From contig DAOSYK010000001.1 of the NCBI GenBank assembly GCA_035381305.1, positions 47,218-111,217 of the forward strand: DNA of 64,000 bases, in the 5' to 3' direction. The notes under the pieces are model-generated. The model was not told where the DNA came from, searched no databases, and saw only the letters and a program-made list of their open reading frames with translations. Origin of the DNA: Clostridia bacterium (GTDB lineage: Bacteria > Bacillota > Clostridia > Christensenellales > DTU072). Positions 62,388-64,000 of this stretch are shown in pieces (positions within the stretch are counted from its first letter, which is position 1; each line of letters starts with the position of its first letter). A program made the position numbers and the translations under genes.

Positions 62388-63924
62388 ATCAAAAGCCAGC
62401 AAAATCGTTACTATCATACTGCTTGCCGCCATTCTTGTGGGTACAATCCTGGCGTTTGTCATACCGCCGCTTATAACCGAAAAGTTTGACGAGGAGCTCA
62501 TTATCTACAACTGGGCAGACTATATAGAGCCCGCTGTGCTCGAAGAGTTTGCCGCCTATTACGAAGAACTCACGGGCAACAGCCTCAACATAATCTACAG
62601 CAATTTCGACACAAACGAAACCATGCTGACCGAGATAATAAAGGGCGACAGCAAAATCGACCTCATCTGCCCCAGCGAGTACGCCATTCAGAAACTGTTG
62701 AAGTACGACCGTTTGGAGAAACTTGACTGGAACTATGTCCTTGACGAAGGCGAAACGCTCTATATCGACAACATCATGCCCGAAATAAGGGAAAAGATTG
62801 ATTCGGCGTTCAGCGATATAGCCGTAGGCGACACAACCGGTCATATGAACGACTACTTTGTGCCCTATATGTGGGGAACTTTGGGAGTGCTTTACAATAC
62901 AAACTACCTCACACGCGAGGAAGTGGAAGAGGCGGGCTGGGGAATCTTCTGGAACAGCATCAACAAGAAAGAGCTCGAAGGCAAGATTCTTGTAAAAGAC
63001 AGTATCCGTGACACATATGTCTGCGCCGTCATGTATCTCAAAGAGCAGGATATGCTGCCCGCGAAGTACCAGGCGCTCACCATTGACGAACTCATTACCT
63101 GCACCGATAAAGAGCTTATAGACCTTGCCGAAAAGGTGCTTTCGGAGCAGAGAGAACATCTTAAAGGCTATGAAGTCGACTTCGGAAAAGACGATATGAT
63201 AAACGAAATCGCCTATGTAGACCTTGCCTGGAGCGGAGACGCGTTCTACGCGATAGAGGAATCCATGGACGAGGAAGGAAACAGCTTCCTTGACTACTAT
63301 GTGCCCGAATCGGGGAGCAACATCTGGTTTGACGGCTGGGTAATTCCCAAGGCAAACGACGACTACACCCCCAACTACCGCGCGGCACACCTGTTCCTGA
63401 ACTACCTTAACAGACCCGACACCGCCATGTATAACACGCTGACTATCGGCTATGCTTCGGCAGTTAAGCCCGAATTGTTTACATCACTTCTCGACAACGA
63501 GGACTACCTCGATCTCGTTACGGTCGGCTCCTGGGAAGAGAGCTACGCGCTTCTCGACGAGGAATACGCCGAGGACGAGAACTACTACGCGCTCCTGGGA
63601 CTTATTTCCCTTCTCGAGTGCTACGAAGTGGAGCCCGACGCCGATAGCGTGATTGCCTTCTGCACAGAAGATTTCTTCGGCGATACAAGGCGTTACGCCG
63701 ACTTTGAAGCCAATCTTGGCATGATGCAGGACTTCAGCCGCATAAGCGAAGAGGACAACGAGCGCGTTGTGGAGATGTGGGAGAGGGTAAAATCATTCGG
63801 CGAAAAGGACAACTGGGTTGTGCTCGGTATCCTTATCGGAGTGCTGGCAGTTCTGGCGGCAGGATGCGTGGGATTTGTGCTCTTCTGGTTCAACAGAACG
63901 CCGCGCCCGAAAAAATTAAGCTGA
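62374..63924 (+). CDS. potD: Polyamine-type substrate-binding protein with N- and C-terminal TM helices
   Basis: LIIYNWADYIEP... and the PotD/PotF-like fold pattern. 516 aa. N-terminal helix IVTIILLAAILVGTILAFVI. C-terminal helix WVVLGILIGVLAVLAAGCVGFVLFWF. Confidence 0.8.
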   Translation: MQSSKSKASKIVTIILLAAILVGTILAFVIPPLITEKFDEELIIYNWADYIEPAVLEEFAAYYEELTGNSLNIIYSNFDTNETMLTEIIKGDSKIDLICPSEYAIQKLLKYDRLEKLDWNYVLDEGETLYIDNIMPEIREKIDSAFSDIAVGDTTGHMNDYFVPYMWGTLGVLYNTNYLTREEVEEAGWGIFWNSINKKELEGKILVKDSIRDTYVCAVMYLKEQDMLPAKYQALTIDELITCTDKELIDLAEKVLSEQREHLKGYEVDFGKDDMINEIAYVDLAWSGDAFYAIEESMDEEGNSFLDYYVPESGSNIWFDGWVIPKANDDYTPNYRAAHLFLNYLNRPDTAMYNTLTIGYASAVKPELFTSLLDNEDYLDLVTVGSWEESYALLDEEYAEDENYYALLGLISLLECYEVEPDADSVIAFCTEDFFGDTRRYADFEANLGMMQDFSRISEEDNERVVEMWERVKSFGEKDNWVVLGILIGVLAVLAAGCVGFVLFWFNRTPRPKKLS

Positions 63925-63948
63925 ATCCCGGTTTTTCCAAAAATATTG

Positions 63949-63978
63949 AGGCACCCGATATTTTCGGGTGCTTTTTTA
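63949..63978 (+). terminator. Rho-independent terminator after potD
   Basis: GCACCCGA (63951-63958) / TCGGGTGC (63964-63971), then T6. Confidence 0.85.
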
Positions 63979-64000
63979 TTATAAACGTATTGAATACGAC

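Noticed and set aside
1-64000. Scan for CRISPR arrays, rRNA/tRNA genes, IS elements, integrases, phage or toxin-antitoxin/defence cassettes.
   Set aside because: No direct-repeat/spacer arrays, no tRNA-like cloverleaf candidates in the intergenic regions (all are 310 nt or shorter and AT-rich), and no ORF with transposase, integrase, nuclease or defence-type motifs were seen.

Overview
This is a 64-kb chromosomal segment from a spore-forming Firmicute, most likely class Clostridia. Supporting markers are sleB, a spoIIR-like gene, glgD, floA/nfeD, a reverse rubrerythrin and an L7Ae-rpsL-rpsG-fusA-tuf operon. All calls come from reading the sequence and ORF translations and from motif memory. 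No searches were run.

Most of the window is tightly packed housekeeping:
- secG and smpB.
- metY-metA-recF-argS in one overlapping gene string.
- The str operon.
- queH and malQ.
- A floA/nfeD flotillin operon.
- A complete glycogen cluster (ispE-glgB-glgC-glgD-glgA-glgP-GH13).
- perR-rubrerythrin.
- An XRE/cupin regulator followed by potABCD.

I saw no rRNA, tRNA, CRISPR array, transposase, integrase or phage genes.

The non-housekeeping content is cell-surface related:
- Three paralogous lipoproteins are built from Listeria-Bacteroides (Flg_new) repeats plus BspA-type leucine-rich repeats. One is a 2913-aa giant at 49652-58393.
- A transglutaminase-like lipoprotein is also present.
- A translationally coupled four-gene unit (43873-49361) sits immediately upstream of the giant gene. 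It encodes an ABC ATPase, a 551-aa polytopic permease, an 810-aa anchored Big_2/beta-helix protein and a two-TM YcxB-like protein. I rank this as the best candidate for an undescribed system, a surface-protein handling module. That ranking is inference from gene arrangement only.

Other points worth follow-up:
- A 2-enoate-reductase-like flavoenzyme is in an operon with a two-subunit aconitase X.
- Several genes lack a Shine-Dalgarno (SD) sequence and have -10 boxes 6-11 nt from the ATG, so they are leaderless-mRNA candidates.
- PotA carries a tandemly duplicated C-terminal regulatory domain.
- PotD has TM helices at both ends.
- A SpoIIR-like lipoprotein gene is coupled to sleB.
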